This document shows, in pieces, positions 25,445-40,100 of a stretch of 64,000 nucleotides of DNA. Below the pieces are notes generated by a model that saw only the letters and a list, made by a program, of their open reading frames with translations, searched no databases and was not told where the DNA came from. Location: the NCBI GenBank assembly GCA_038087875.1, contig CM075997.1:8496001-8560000 (forward strand). The letters run 5' to 3'. Position 1 is the first letter of the stretch; each line of letters opens with the position of its first letter. This DNA comes from Malacoraja senta. Lineage: Eukaryota. The position numbers and the translations under genes are program-made.

Positions 25445-27337
25445 ACCATATAACCATATAATCATATAACCATCACAGCACGGAAACAGGCCATCTCGGC
25501 CCTTCAAGTCCGTGCCGAACATTTTTTTTTATTTAATAAATACTTCCCCCTAGTCCCATTTACCTGCACTCAGACCATAACCCTCCATTCCTTTCCCGTC
25601 CATATACCCATCCAATCTATTTTTAAAGGATAAAATCGAACCAGCCTCCACCACTTCCATTGGAAGCTCATTCCACACAGCTACCACTCTCTGAGTAAAG
25701 AAGTTCCCCCTAATGTTACCCCTAAACTTCTGTCCCTTAATTCTCAAGTCATGTCCCCTTGTTTGAATCTTCCCTACTCTCAATGGAAAAAGCTTTTCCA
25801 CGTCAACTCTGTCTAACCCGCTCATAATTTTAAAGACCTCTATCAAGTCCCCTCTTAACCTTCTGCGCACCAAAGAATAAAGACCTAACTTGTTCAACCT
25901 TTCTCTGTAACTTAGTTGCTGAAACCCAGGCAACATTCTAGTAAATCTCCTCTGTACTCTCTCTATTTTGTTGACATCCTTCCTATAATTAGGCGACCAA
26001 AATTGTACTCCATACTCCAGAATTGGCCTCACCAATGCCTTGTACAATTTTAACATTACATCCCAACTTCTATATTCAATGCTCTGATTTATAAAGGCCA
26101 GCACCCCAAAAGCTTTCTTTACCACCCTATCTACATGAGATTCCACCTTCAGGGAACTATGCACAGTTATTCCTAGATCCCTCTGTTCAACTGCATTCCT
26201 CAATTCTCTACCATTTACCGTGTACGTCCTATTTTGATTTGTCCTGCCGAGATGTAGTACCTCACATTTATCAGCATTAAACTCCATCTGCCATCTTTCA
26301 GCCCACTCTTCCAAATGGCCTAAATCTCTCTGTAGACTTTGAAAATCTACTTCATTATCCACCACACCACCTATCTTAGTATCATCTGCATACTTACTAA
26401 TCCAATTTTCCACACCATCATCCAGATCATTGATGTACATGACAAACAACAGTGGACCCAACACAGACCCCTGAGGCACCCCACTAGTCACCGGCCTCCA
26501 ACCTGACAAACAGCCATCCACCATTACTCTCTGGCATCTCACATTCAGCCACTGTTGAATCCATCTTGCTACTCCATCATTAATACCCAACAATTGAATC
26601 TTCTTAACCAACCTTCCATGAGGAACCTTGTCAAAGGCCTTACTGAAGTCCATATAGACAACATCCACTGCTTTACCCTCATCAATTTCCCTAGTAACCT
26701 CTTCGAAAAATTCTAGAAGATTAGTCAAACATGACCTTCCAGGCACAAATCCATGTTGACTGTTCCTAATCAGACCCTGCTTATCCAGATGCTTATATAT
26801 GTTATCTTTAAGTATCCTTTCCATTAATTTGCCCACCATGACATCAAACTAACAGGTCTATAATTGCTAGGTTTACTCTTAGAACCCCTTTTAAACAACG
26901 GAACAACATGCGCAGTACGCCAATCCTCCGGCACTATTCCCGTTTCTAATGACATTTGAAATATTTCTGTCATAGCCCCTGCTATTTCTACACTAACTTC
27001 CCTCAATGTCCTCGGGAATATCCTGTCAGGACCTGGAGACTTATCCGTTTTCATCTTTTTCAAAAGTGTCCGCACCTCCTCTTCTTTGAATCTCATAGTT
27101 TCCATTGCTACTCTGCTTGTTTCCCTTACCTCACATAATTCCATATCCTTCTCCTTGGTGAATACCGAAGAAAAGAAATTGTTCAGTATCTCCCCCATCT
27201 CTTTTGGCTCTGCAGATAGCTGTCCACTCTGACTCTCTAATGGACTAATTTTATTCCTTGTTATCCTTTTGCTATTAATATAGCTGTAGAAACCCTTTGG
27301 ATTTACTTTCACCTTACTTGCCAAAGCAACCTCATAC
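25445..27337 (-). mobile_element. CR1 LINE family B, 5'-truncated
   Basis: ORFs 25550-26839 (YADD) and 26824-27363, with a (TTATATGG)n tail. Confidence 0.96.
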
Positions 27338-30011
27338 GATATATTGGACTGTAAACAGAACACTTCCCATTCCTTGATATAGGAGATGTACTGTTTCTTG
27401 GTACTATCTCTTCAGGCCGCAGTGATTACATCCACCGTACAACCTGACAGTCTGTACACCAGGAAAGGTCTTTTCATAATCTGTAAACCAACAATTTGAT
27501 TCACTCATGCAGTGGATGGTTCTCCCCAGTCACGTGGTAAACCAGCAGATTTCTGCGTTTGGAAACAGCCATAAAAGGCTCTGTTATATTCCCTAGTATG
27601 AGCAGACCCATGGCTGTGTAGACCAGTCAGGCACTATCAAAAGCCTGAGGCGGAGTTTTGCTGAACTTAAAGCAAGCACCGACTGATGAGGCAAAATGGA
27701 GGAAGGGCATAAAGAACATTCCTCCCTAGTGTAGCGAGAATGCATCCATCGCCACTGCCCCTGAGAATGGCCGCCATGCCAGATATTTTTGCCACTGGTG
27801 ATTGAGACCAGATGCAAACAAATCGATATTTGGTGGTCCATCGAGCCACAATGTCATTAAATACTTTGTCATCCAACATCCATTCTGAGTTGTCATTGAT
27901 TTACGTGATGATAAACCAACACCAAATGAGGTTAGGTAAACTATCACAGGATATTGACTTGATTGCACCCATGTGATTAATATATGCCACCACCGTAGTG
28001 TGTCAACTTGTAGTTGAGCATGCGGATATGCATATTCGCACAATAAGCCTTTAACCCATAAAACGCACCTAGTGACTTTAGGTAGTTGATACCATATAAC
28101 TGAGGGATTGGTAACACATGCACATCCCATCCGCCTCTGGGACTAGAGATGGGATAGTAATTTCCCATCTTTGAGTACTAGCATCAGTTTGAAATATAAC
28201 TGAAGGTTTATGTCCAAAAGTACTGGAGCAATGCTGAATACTGTTTGTCCATCATTGTGAATTAATAGCTTCAGCTGGTAATTGCATAGGTCTGTTAACA
28301 ATGACCTTCATGGTACTTGAAAGCTTGCTCCTTTGCACGATGTAAGTTCTGATAATGCAAAGGCCACAATAACGCAGCTGAAAACAGCCACTAAATTGCC
28401 AATTACACTGGCCATATGATGAATAAGCAACAAGATTGTTACAAGCTACCATTAATTCTAATATCTTGCCCCAGGGCGGAGGCACAGACAATTAATACAG
28501 TTAAAGGTAAATCGTAATCTGTAACTCTAGTTGGTATCAACTTAAATTTAACTGGATGGATGAGAAACCGCAATTCCTCAAATGTTAGTTTTGCGGCTGA
28601 AACAGCTAAATTAGCAAGATTCTGCGTTTTTAGAATATCATCCAGTTGGGCCATAAATACGTATTTTGCAGCTTTGAGCAGCCCAAACACTGACTTGGTA
28701 ATGTGGTAAATAACCTGGCTGTAGTTAGCCCATTTTGCAATGTTTTAACTGCTATCGTTGACCATCCAGCTAAATTCCAAATATCTCCGGTGTACCCTGT
28801 GAATGGGAACTGAATAGTATGCATATTTGAGATCGATGCATGTTATAAAGTATCCTGTGTAAATCAGTTGTTAAACAGTAACGAAGTTTCCCATTCTAAA
28901 AAGTCTATATTGCACCTGTGAATGTGAGTTAATCAAGGGTGATCCGACATCATCCGTCTTTCGCTTGTTTGGATATCTGCTTATATACCCAAACCTTTTT
29001 GTTTGGACTGAATAGATGTCCAATCTGTTGTATATTGTATGGATGGCAATCAGTTAAAGGAAATTTAATTCGGAATCCTTGTATACTGTGCAGTATAAAC
29101 TGACTGATGTTATCTATTCAGTTATAAACGGATCTGAATTTATCCGTCGACATTCATGCAAAAACAAGTGTAACCTATTACCAACTCGTAACTAGTTCAC
29201 ACACCCCGTGTTTCTGAAAGAACAGACCCACCTACCTCCATGGTTACCGGTGATGTTGTGGTAAGCCCAAAGGCCCCTGATGCAAGTTCGTTTCGGTCCC
29301 CGAATTGGAACTGCTGGGGTGCATTCCTGTAATGGTGTGACGTGAGGTCATTGATGCTTACCAAGCTTGTAATGTGAGGGGAACTCTGGCCCCTGGTTCT
29401 CTGCCATAGGCTGGAAGCCAACTCTTCCTTGCAGCGGCCCCTCCGTTTGCGTGGATATCGTAACCCTTGATGCCATAACAGAATTCTTGAACCTCACGCA
29501 TGCACTCCAGTATGTTTCACGGACACACTTCCGAGTTTGGAGTCAGTCACACACTGACTGCCTATGCTCCCCTCCTCAGAGAGGGAGATATAATGCAGCC
29601 CTGCAACAGGCGCTGCTGTAGGTCCCTGCGCTGATATGGCCCTGTCCACGGACCATATCCGGATGGAACATCTCCTCCGTGGGATGCCCATGGAGGGGAA
29701 ACGTCCTTTCCTCTTCCCTACGCTCCCTTCCTTAGAGAGGGAGATATAATGCAGCCCTGCACCAGGCGCTGCCGCGGGCCCCAAGACCCGCGCTGATGTG
29801 ACTCCGTTCCTTGGAGTGTATCATCTCAGGATGTTCCCCACTGCAGGGGCGAACCCTCACGGCCGAACTAGTCTGGGTCATCCGGCCTGCAGAGCCGGGT
29901 CTCCCCACGGAGCTGGGATTTCCCACAGTCTCCGCAGCCTGGTATCCCGGAGCCGGATTATCTCCCGCGGAGCCGGGATTTCCGCAACTCCGCAGCCGGG
30001 TTTTCCTGAGC

Positions 30012-30777
30012 ATGAAAATTACATGGTAAATGGTAGGGAATTGAAGAATGCAGGTGAACAGAGGGATCTTGGAATAACTGTGCACAGTTCCCTGAAAGTG
30101 GAATCTCATGTAGATAGAGTGGTAAAGAAAGCTTTTGGTGTGCTGGCTTTTATAAATCAGAGCATTGAGTATAGAAGTTGGGATGTAATGTTAAAATTGT
30201 ACAAGGGATTGGTGAGGCCAATTCTGGAGTATGGTGTACAATTTTGGTCGCCTAATTATAGGAGGGATGTCAACAAAATAGAGAGCGTACAGAGGAGATT
30301 TACTAGAATGTTGCCTGGGTTTCAGCAACTAAGTTACAGAGAAAGGTTGAACAAGTTAGGGCTTTATTCTTTGGAGCGCAGAAGGTTAAGGGGAGACTTG
30401 ATAGAGGTCTTTAAAATGATGAGAGGGATAGACAGAGTTGACGTGGATAAGCTTTTCCCACTGAGAGTCGGGAAGATTCAAACAAGGGGACATGACTTCA
30501 GAATTAAGGGACAGAAGTTTAGGGGTAACATGAGGGGGAACTTCTTTACTCAGAGAGTGGTGGCTGTGTGGAATGAGCTTCCAGTGAAGGTGGTGGAGGC
30601 AGGTTCGTTTTTATCATTTAAAAATAAATTAGATAGTTATATGGACGGGAAAGGAATGGAGGGTTATGGTCTGAGCACAGGTATATGGGACTAGGGGAGA
30701 ATACGTGTTCGGCACGGACTAGAAGGGTCGAGATGGCCTGTTTTCGTGCTGTAATTGTTATATTATATGGTTATATG
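30012..30777 (+). mobile_element. CR1 family B 3' fragment
   Basis: C-terminal part of ORF 29798-30694 and a ttatatgg tail. Confidence 0.93.
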
Positions 30778-32011
30778 GGTTCCCACGCGGAGCCGGGATT
30801 TCCCGCTGTTTCCGCAGCCGGGTTTTTCCGAGCAGGGGTTCCCCACGCGGAGACGGGAAACCCCGCGGTCTCCGCAGCCGGGTTTCCCAGAGCCGAACGT
30901 CAGTTAGCAGGAACTCTATAAAAGAGCTTCCTGCAGGAAAAAGCACAACCTGAAATATAAGTTCGAAACTTACCTTCAGGTTCTGAACTTACCGCTTGAG
31001 GAGCAGCGCGCCTGCCAGCCAGTCGAGCGCCATGCGGGCTGGCGGGCTTCTATTCACGTAGTCACTCACGTGACTCCGAAGTAAAATCTCATAATCATAT
31101 TGACTTTATTGTACAGTTTACAAAGATCCATAGCAAATTCTGTAACTGTCTTATAGAGTTTTTATTGAAAGAAATGTTGATTCACCATGTCAAATTCAAA
31201 GGATGCAGAGGGTGTGAAGCGCAAAAGAACTGCAAGCTGGTTTAAAGTTGAATGGCTTAACAAAATAGTAAAAACTGCTACACCAAAAGCTCATGAGGTC
31301 ATATATTTACACAAGAATTCAGTGCGCACACATATTTGTAACAGCATAAAAAATTGCACAATACAAGATTTCTGCGCACACGAACTACTAAAAATTAGTG
31401 GGAACATTGATTGGAAGAGGTTTCTTCTGTGTTTTTCCCCTCAGTTGTTGTCTCAGGACGAAGGCTGCCCTGCCCCGACCCGCATCCGGTCCACCACGGG
31501 GGGGGGGGGGAAGCGTGCAAACCCCACACGGACAGAGTCGGTAGTTGCCCTGCCCGGAGACAGGCCCCTTCGGCCCCTCTCACCCCTGCTACCCCGGGCT
31601 TTCTGCAACACAATCTTGCACTGTTCGGCACTGGATATTGCATTTATTGCGTTGGTCATCACCGTATGTACACTGTTTGCTCTGGCGGCTGCGTGTGGAC
31701 GGGTGATTTCATCGCCTCCCGGTCGATGTGCAGAACAACAAACTAATGAAGCATCTGGAACACAGTTCTCCTGGGTTGCTGCAGGCTGAAGCATCAAACT
31801 ACTACCCTGTTGAGCTCCGTCAGTCTCACAGCACAGAAACACACAGCCATCCTATCGAAGCTAGTCCCACATGTCGGCGTCTGGCCCCTAACCCTTCCTG
31901 CCTTTCCCACCCATGCCTTTAGAAATGAGATGAGGAGGAATTTCTTTAGCCAGGTGGTGAATCTGTGGAATTCATTGCCACAGACGGCGGTGGAGGCCAA
32001 GTCACCGGGTA

Positions 32012-32335
32012 GTTTAGATTTTAGAGATACTGCGTGGAAACAGGCCCTTCAGCCCACCGAGTCATCACCGACCTGTGATCACCCCATACACTAGCTCCAC
32101 CCAATACACATTAGAGACAATTTTACAGAAACCAATTAACTTACAAACCTGCACATCTTTGGAATGCGGAAGGAAAACACTGCACCCGGAGAAAACACAC
32201 GCAGGTCACAGGGAGAACGTGCAAACTCCATACAGACAGCACCCATAGTCAGGATGGAACCCAGGTCTCTGGCGCTGTGAGGCAGCAACTCTACCGCTCA
32301 CCATCATGAGCAACTCTAACTCACCATCGTGCCAC
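32012..32335 (-). mobile_element. HE1-like tRNA-derived V-SINE, near complete, inside an old CR1 3' fragment (31915-32450)
   Basis: The minus strand reads ggtagagttgctgcctcacagcgccagagacctgggttccatcc (tRNA head with B box), then the V-domain tggagtttgcacgttctccc, then a 3' tail resembling that of CR1 family B. Confidence 0.85.
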
Positions 32336-32454
32336 GTCTTTTAAAGCGGAGATTGTCAGGTTGCTGATGAGTGCGGGTGTCAGGGGTTATGGGGAGAAGG
32401 CATGAGAATGGGGTTGAGAGGGAAAGATCGATCAGTCATGATTGAATATGAGGA

Positions 32455-33080
32455 ATTTGATTTGCCTACAGTCATACCAATAAAAAGCAACAAGACACAC
32501 AAAATACAGTTTAACGTAAACATCCACCACAGTGACTCCTCCACATTCCTCACTGTGATGGAAGGCAAATAAAAAGTTCAGACTCTTCCCTTCTTTGTTC
32601 CGCCGCGGGCGGGGCATTTGAACCTTCCATTGTCGGGGTATCTTAGCTCCCCGCGCCGGGTGATCGGACCCGTGTCGGGGCCAGTCGAACCTTCTGCGAC
32701 TTGGAGCTTCCCGACATTTGTCTCTACCCGAGACTGCCAGCTCCTCTGTGTTGAAATCCGCTGGCCGCGGTTGGAGCGTCGATCCCAGGCAAGGGATCGC
32801 AGGCTCCGATGGTAAGTCCACGGCCACGCGGTGGGGCTCAAAGTCAGTCTCGAGCAAAGCCCCCAACTTCATGATGTTAGGCTGCAGAGCGACCGGAGAT
32901 ATGATCCGGAAAATAATCACATCACCGGCAAGGTAAGCGATTGAAAAAAAAGTTTCCCCCGACCCATCCCCCACATAAAACAATCCGGAGAACATTAACA
33001 CAAACTTTTTAAAACACACTATAACAAGAAAGACGAAAATATAGACAGACCGTTGGTGAAGCTGCCATCGCTGACGGCCT
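32455..33080 (-). mobile_element. Unclassified non-autonomous repeat, copy 2
   Basis: Collinear similarity to 59142-59740. Confidence 0.6.
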
Positions 33081-33299
33081 CATTATGCTGGAATTCTGCT
33101 GCTATGACTTATGAACCTGTCCAAACACCTTTTAAAGATTGTGATTGTATCTGCCTCCCTACACCTCTTCCGGCAGCTCGTTCCACATGCCCACCACCCT
33201 CTGTTTTTTGTGACGATATTGGTGAAAGGGGAAGGGGAAAAAGAGGTAAACGGGTCCCGTTTATGTGAGGCACAGGGAAGAGAGAGGGGGGGAAATGGG

Positions 33300-34110
33300 A
33301 TAGACACAAAAAGCTGGAATAAGTCAGTAAGTCAGACAGCATCTCTGAAGAAAAGGAATGGGTGACGTTTTGGTTCTTCATACTGAGTCAGGGGAGACTA
33401 GATATATGGAAGGATGTGGTGTGAAAATGACAGAACAAAGCAGGTGCTAAGGAAATGACGATGTTAAAGGAAACAGACCATTATCAGCTGTGGGCTAGGT
33501 GAAATCGAGTTACCGACAATGAGACTCAACAATATGACTTTGAAGATGGTAAGGACTTGGCTAGGGGAGGGATGGAGAGAGAGGGGTTGTCGGGGTTACT
33601 TGAATTTGGAGAAATCAATATTCATACCGCTATCAATAAAAGGGAGGTAGGTTGTTGGATAGTTAACTAGAATCAGAGAATGACATTTCTCAACTCAAAC
33701 AAAGTTTGACAAGTAGCCAATTGTCCCGACCTGAAACGTTGCCCATATTTTGTTCCCACACTTTGTGCCTATCTTTGGCAGACACAAGGAACTGCAGATG
33801 CTGGTTCATACACAAAAAGACACAAAGTGCTGGAGGCAGTATCTGTGAAGAACATGGTGGCATTTCACAGAGTGCTGGAGTAACTCAGTTGGTCGGGCAG
33901 CATCTCTGGTCAACGTGGATAGGCGATGTTTTAGGTCTGAACAAGAGTCGTGACCCAAAAAACATTCCCTATCCATGTTCTCCACAGACAGACACAAAAT
34001 GCTGGAGTAACTCAGGACAGGCAGCATCTCTGGAGAGAAAGAATCTTCTTCAGACTGAGAGTCACAGGAGAGGGAGACACATAGATAAGGAAGTGTAAGG
34101 TGTTACTCCA
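33300..34110. mobile_element. Cluster of Penelope pLTR/GIY-YIG fragments
   Basis: gacacaaaa.gctggagtaactcag motifs and tcaatattcataccgc (reverse complement of the GMNID segment). Confidence 0.65.
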
Positions 34111-34129
34111 GCACACTATTATCGGAATA

Positions 34130-34232
34130 GTGTCAGGTTTGAAAAAGGGAAAGTACAACAAGATCTGAGTGGCCTTGTACATCTGTCACTAAAAGTAAGC
34201 ATGCAGGTATAGCAGGCAATGAAGAAAGCTAA
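34130..34232 (+). mobile_element. CR1 fragment, left half of the copy split by DIRS-B
   Basis: Ends ...aagaaagctaa and continues as tggcatgttggcc at 58658, restoring KKANGMLAF. Confidence 0.85.
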
Positions 34233-34420
34233 TAGTAAGATTAAACGAGAACTTACCAGTTTGAAGTTTGATCTTTATTTTATGAGGAGTAACATTGAGG
34301 GATTACGTGAAGAACCCGTCAGGGCGCATGCGCGACAATCTTCAAAGCAGTGGTGTGAAATCACAGATTACGGTAGTCGAATTAACAGAGTAAGATAAGA
34401 GAACTAGAATACCAGCTGAC

Positions 34421-36710
34421 TAAGAGAACTGTGAATACCAGTGATCACAATACCATTAGTTTCAATATAATTATGGAGAGGGTCAGAACTGGACCTAGGG
34501 TTGAGATTTTTGTTTGGAGAAAGGCTAACTTTGAGGAGATGCGAAAGGATTTAAAAGGAGTGAATTGGGACATGTTGTTTTATGGGAAGGATGTAGAAGA
34601 AAAATGGAGGACATTTAAGGGTGACATTTTAAGAGTACAGAATCTTTATGTCCCTGTTCGGTTGAAAGGAAATAGTAAAAAATGGAAAGAGCCATGGTTT
34701 TCAAGGGAAATTGGACACTTGGTTCGGAAAAAGAGAGAGATCTACAATAATTATAGGCAGCATGGAGTAAATGAGGTGCTTGAGGAGTATAAAGAATGTA
34801 AAAAGAATATTAAGAAAGAAATTAGAAAAGCTAAAAGAAGATATGAGGTTGCTTTGGCAAGTAAGGTGAAAGTAAATCCAAAGGGTTTCTACAGCTATAT
34901 TAATAGCAAAAGGATAACAAGGAATAAAATTGGTCCATTAGAGAGTCAGAGTGGACAGCTATCTGCAGAGCAAAAAGAGATGGGATATTGAACAATTTCT
35001 TTTCTTCGGTATTCACGAAGGAGAAGGATATGGAATTATGTGAGGTAAGGGAAACAAGCAGAGTAGCAATGGAAACTGTGAGATTCAAAGAAGAGGAGGT
35101 GCGGACACTTTTGAAAAATATGAAAACGGATAAGTCTCCAGGTCCTGACAGGATATTCCCTCGGACATTGAGGGAAGTTAGTGTAGAAATAGCAGGGGCT
35201 ATGACAGAAATATTTCAAATGTCATTAGAAACGGGAATAGTGCCGGAGGATTGGCGTACTGCGCATGTTGTTCCGTTGTTTAAAAAGGGTTCGAAGAGTA
35301 AACCTAGCAAGTATAGACCTGTTAGTTTGACGTCAGTGGTGGGCAAATTAATGGAAAGGATACTTAAAGATAATATATATAAGCATCTGGATAAGCAGGG
35401 TCTGATTAGGAACAGTCAACATGGATTTGTGCCTGGAAGGTCATGCTTGACTAATCTTCTTGAATTTTTCGAAGAGGTTCCTAGGGAAATTGATGAGGGT
35501 AAAGCAGTGGATGTTGTCTATATGGACTTCAGTAAGGCCTTTGACAAGGTTCCTCATGGAAGGTTGGTTAAGAAGATTCAATTGTTGGGTATTAATGGTG
35601 GAGTAGCAAGATGGATTCAACAGTGGCTGAATGGGAGATGCCAGAGAGTAATGGTGGATGGCTGTATGTCAGGTTGGAGGCCGGTGACTAGTGGCGTGCC
35701 TCAGGGGTCTGTGTTGGGTCCACTGTTGTTTGTCATGTACATCAATGATCTGGATGATGGTGTGGAAAATTGGATTAGTAAGTATGCAGATGATACTCAG
35801 ATAGGTGGTGTTGTGGATAATGAAGTAGATTTTCAAAGTCTACAGAGAGATTTAGGCCATTTGGAAGAGTGGGCTGAAAGATGGCAGATGGAGTTTAATG
35901 CTGAGGTGCTACATCTCGGCAGGACAAATCAAAATAGGACGTACACGGTAAATGGTAGCGAATTGAGGAATGCAGTTGAACAGAGGGATCTAGGAATAAC
36001 TGTGCATAGTTCCCTGAAGGTGGAATCTCATGTAGATAGGGTGGTAAAGAAAGCTTTTGGTGTGCTGGCCATTATAAATCAGAGCATTGAATATAGAAGT
36101 TGGGATGTAATGTTAAAATTGTACAAGGCATTGGTGAGGCCAATTCTGGAGTATGGAGTACAATTTTGGTCGCCTAATTATAGGAAGGATGTCAACAAAA
36201 TAGAGAGAGTACAGCGGAGATTTACTAGAATGTTGCCTGGGTTTCAGCAACTAAGTTACAGAGAAAGGTTGAACAAGTTAGGTCTTTATTCTTTGGAGCG
36301 CAGAAGGTTAAGAGGGGACTTGATAGAGGTCTTTAAAATTATGAGCGGGTTAGACAGAGTGGACGTGGATAAGCTTTTCCCATTGAGAGTAGGGAAGATT
36401 CAAACAAGGGGACATGACTTGAGAATTAAGGGACAGAAGTTTAGGGGGAACATTAGGGGGAACTTCTTTACTCAGAGAGTGGTAGCTGTGTGGAATGAGC
36501 TTCCAGTGGAAGTGGTGGAGGCAGGTTTGATATTATCCTTTAAAAATAGATTGGATGGGTATATGGACGGGGAAGGAATGGAGGGTTATGGTCTGAGTGC
36601 AGGTAGATGGGACCAGGGGAAAAATTTAAAAAAATGTTCAGCACGGACTTGAAGGGCCGAGATGGCCTGTTTCCGTGCTGTTATGGTTATATGGTTATAT
36701 ATGGTTATAT
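34421..36710 (+). mobile_element. CR1 family B, 5'-truncated
   Basis: ORFs 34431-34991 and 34988-36652 (554 aa, YADD), with a ttatatgg tail. Confidence 0.96.
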
Positions 36711-37138
36711 ACTTTATAATAGAGGGTGGGCGTGGAGGGCACGTAATCCCTCAACGTTACTCCTCATAAAATAAAGATCAAACTTCAAACTGGTAAATTC
36801 TTGTTTAATCTTACTATTTTACTTCGGAGTCACGTGAGTGATTACGTGAAGATTTTGAAGCTCTGTGATTTCATGCCGTGGAAACGAGTCCATGCATCAC
36901 ACACTGCATCAGTTGCCTACTGATGAGTGATCATTAATAATGCATTCAGACATGACTTAGATCTAGACATGTTGGTGCTTTTAATGAACAAACAATGATA
37001 ATAGTAACCTCACTCAACCGGGAGGGAACTATGAAACAGAACTTAGCATAGAGTTGGCAAATACCCCAATCTGGTAATGGGTTGTTATAAATGATTGGAA
37101 GGATCGTTAGTTTGACCACCATGCAGCCACTAGGATGT

Positions 37139-40100
37139 AGATACATAGATACATAGATACATAGAAAATATGTGCAGGAGTAGGCCATTCGGCCCTTCGA
37201 GCCTGCACCGCCATTCAATATGATCATGGCTGATCATCCAACTCAGTATCCCGTACCTGCCTTCTCTCCATACCCCCTGATCCCCTTAGCCACAAGGGCC
37301 ACATCTAACTCCCTCTTAAATATAGCCAATGAACTGGCCTCAACTACCCTCTGTGGCAGAGAGTTCCAGAGATTCACCACTCTCTGTGTGAAAAAGTTTT
37401 TCCTCATCTCGGTCTTAAAGGATTTCCCCCTTATCCTTAAGCTGTGACCCCTTGTCCTGGACTTCCCCAACATCGGGAACAATCTTCCTGCATCTAGCAT
37501 GCCCAACCCCATAAGAATTTTGTACGTTTCTATAAGATCCCCTCTCAATCTCCTAAATTCTAGCGAGTATAAGCCAAGTCTATCCAGTCTTTCTTCATAT
37601 GAAAGTCCTGACATCCCAGGAATCAGTCTGGTCAAACTTCTCTGCACTCCCTCTATGGCTATAATGTCCTTCCTCAGATTTGGAGACCAAAACTGTACGC
37701 AATACTCCAGGTGTGGTCTCACCAAGACCCTGTACAACTGCAGTAGAACCTCCCTGCTCCTATACTGAAATCCTCTTGCTATGAAGGCCAACATACCGTT
37801 CGCTTTCTTCGCTGCCTGCTGCACCTGCATGCCTACTTTCAATGACTGGTGTACCATGACACCCAGGTCTCGCTGCATCTCCCCATTTCCTAATCGGCCA
37901 CCATTTGTCTGCCTACCGGTTTTTGCCACCAAAGTGGATAACCTCACATTTATCCACATTATACTGCATCTGCCAAACATTTGCCCACTCACCCAGCCTA
38001 TCCAAGTCACCTTGCAGTCTCCTAGCATCCTCCTCACAGCTAACACTGCCCCCCAGCTTAGTGTCATCCGCAAACTTGGAGATGTTGCTTTCAATTCCCT
38101 CGTCCAGCTCATTAATATAAATTGTACATAGCTGGGGTCCCAGCACTGAGCCTTGCGGTACCCCACTAGTCACTGCCTGCCATTGTGAAAAGGACCCGTT
38201 TACTCCTACTCTTTGCTTCCTGTTTGCCAGCCAGTTCTCTATCCACATCAATACTGAACCCCCAATACCGTGTGATTTAAGTTTGTAACCTAATCTCTTA
38301 TGTGGTACCTTGTCGAAAGCCTTCTGAAAGTCCAGATACAACACATCCACTGGTTCTCCCCTATCCACTCTACTAGTTACATCCTCGAAAAATTCTATAA
38401 GATTCGTCAGACACGATTTACCTTTCGTAAATTCATGCTGACTTTGTCCAATGATTTCACCACTTTCCAAATGTGCTGCTATCCCATCTTTAATAACTGA
38501 CTCTAGCAGTTTCCCCACTACCGATGTTAGACTAACTGGTATGTAATTCCCCGTTTTCTCTCTCCCTCCCTTCTTAAAAAGTGGGGTTATGTTTGCTACC
38601 CTCCAATCCTCAGGAAATACTCCAGAATCTAAGGAGTTTTGAAAAATTATCACTAATGCATCCACTATTTCTGGAGCTACTTCCTTAAGTACTCTGGGAT
38701 GCAGCCTATCTGGCCCTGGTGATTTATCGGCCTTTAATCCATTCAATTTACCCAACACCACTTCCCGACTAACCTGGATTTCACTCAGTTCCTCCATCTC
38801 CTTTGACCCGCGGCCCCCTGCTATTTCCGGCAGATTAATTATGTCTTCCTTAGTGCTGCTTTTTCTGGCTAATTTGTACGCATCATCTTTTGCTTTGATA
38901 CTATCCCTGATTTCCCTTGTTATCCACGGATGCACTACCTTCCCTGATTTATTGTTTTGCCATACTGGGATGAACAATTTTTGTAGTTCATCCATGCAGT
39001 CTTTAAATGCCTTCCATTGCATATCCACCGTCAACCCTTTTAGAACTAATTGCCAGTCAATCTTGGCCAATTCACGTCTCATACCCTCAAAGTTACCTTT
39101 CTTTAAGTTCAGAACCGTTGTTTCTGAATTAACAATGTCACTCTCCATCCTAATGAAGAACTCAACCATATTATGGTCACTCTTGCCCAAGGGGCCACGC
39201 ACAACAAGTCTGCTAACTAACCCTTCCTCATTACTCAATACCCAGTCTAGAATAGCCTGCTCTCTCGTTGGTTCCTCTACATGTTGGTTTAGATAACTAT
39301 CCCGCATACATTCCAAGAAATCCTCTTCCTCAGCACCCCTGCCAATTTGATTCACCCAATCTATATGTAGATTGAAGTCACCCATTATAACTGTTTTGCC
39401 TTTGTTGCACGTATTTCTAATTTCCTGTTTGATGCCATCCCCAACTTCACTACTACCGCTAGGTGGCCTGTACACAACACCCACCAGTGTTTTCTGCCCC
39501 TTAGTGTTTCGCAGCTCTACCCATACCGATTCCACATCCTCCAAGCTAATGTCCTTCCTTTTCACTGCGTTAAACTCCTCTCTAACCAGCAACGCTACCC
39601 CACCTCCTTTTCCTTTCTCTCTATCCCTCCTGAATATTGAAAATCCCTGGATGTTCAGCTCCCAGCCTTGGTCATCCTGGAGCCATGTCTCCGTGATCCC
39701 AACTATATCATAATCATTAATTGCTATCTGCACGTTCAACATCCACCTTATTACGAATGCTCCTTGCATTGAGACACAAAGCCTTCAGGCTTGTTTTTAC
39801 AACGCTCTTACCCCTTATACAATTATGTTGAAAAGTGGCCCTTTTTGATTTTTGCCCTGGATTTGTCTGCCTGCCACTTTTACTTTTCACCTTGCTACCT
39901 ATTGCTTCCGCCCGCATTTTACACCCCTCTGTTTCTCTGCTCACCCATTTAAGAACCCCACCACCTCTTATTCTCTGTTTATTATTGTTTTCTTCTTTCC
40001 CCCGTACATGTTGGGTCTGAGTGCTTTCCTTCTCTGCCTCCTGCCTCACACACTGTCTAATAGCATTCTCTATTTGAGTCCCTCCCCCCAACCATTCTAG

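Larger units (their letters stand above)
22299..31086 (-). mobile_element. DIRS-type tyrosine-recombinase retrotransposon A, degenerate, with three nested LINEs
   Basis: Termini tagtaagattaaacgag... and ...gtgactccgaagtaaaa. Inverted repeat gcccgccagcccgcatg. ICR at 22520-22630 is complementary to both ends. YR remnant HSTRAA at about 22950-22975; RNase H/MT remnants at 27590-28170. Confidence 0.92.
21582..31409 (+). mobile_element. Internally deleted hAT DNA transposon (about 1 kb of own sequence) containing DIRS-A
   Basis: TIRs CAGTGTTCCC (21582) and GGGAACATTG (31400-31409). 8-bp TSD GTTGGAAG (21574-21581) / ATTGGAAG (31410-31417). Subterminal gcgcacac motifs at both ends. Possible transposase N-terminal remnant from 31187 (KRKRTASWFKVEWL). 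Confidence 0.8.

Noticed and set aside
32200..32300. tRNA gene
   Set aside because: It is the tRNA-derived head of a V-SINE, followed by the V-domain and a LINE tail.
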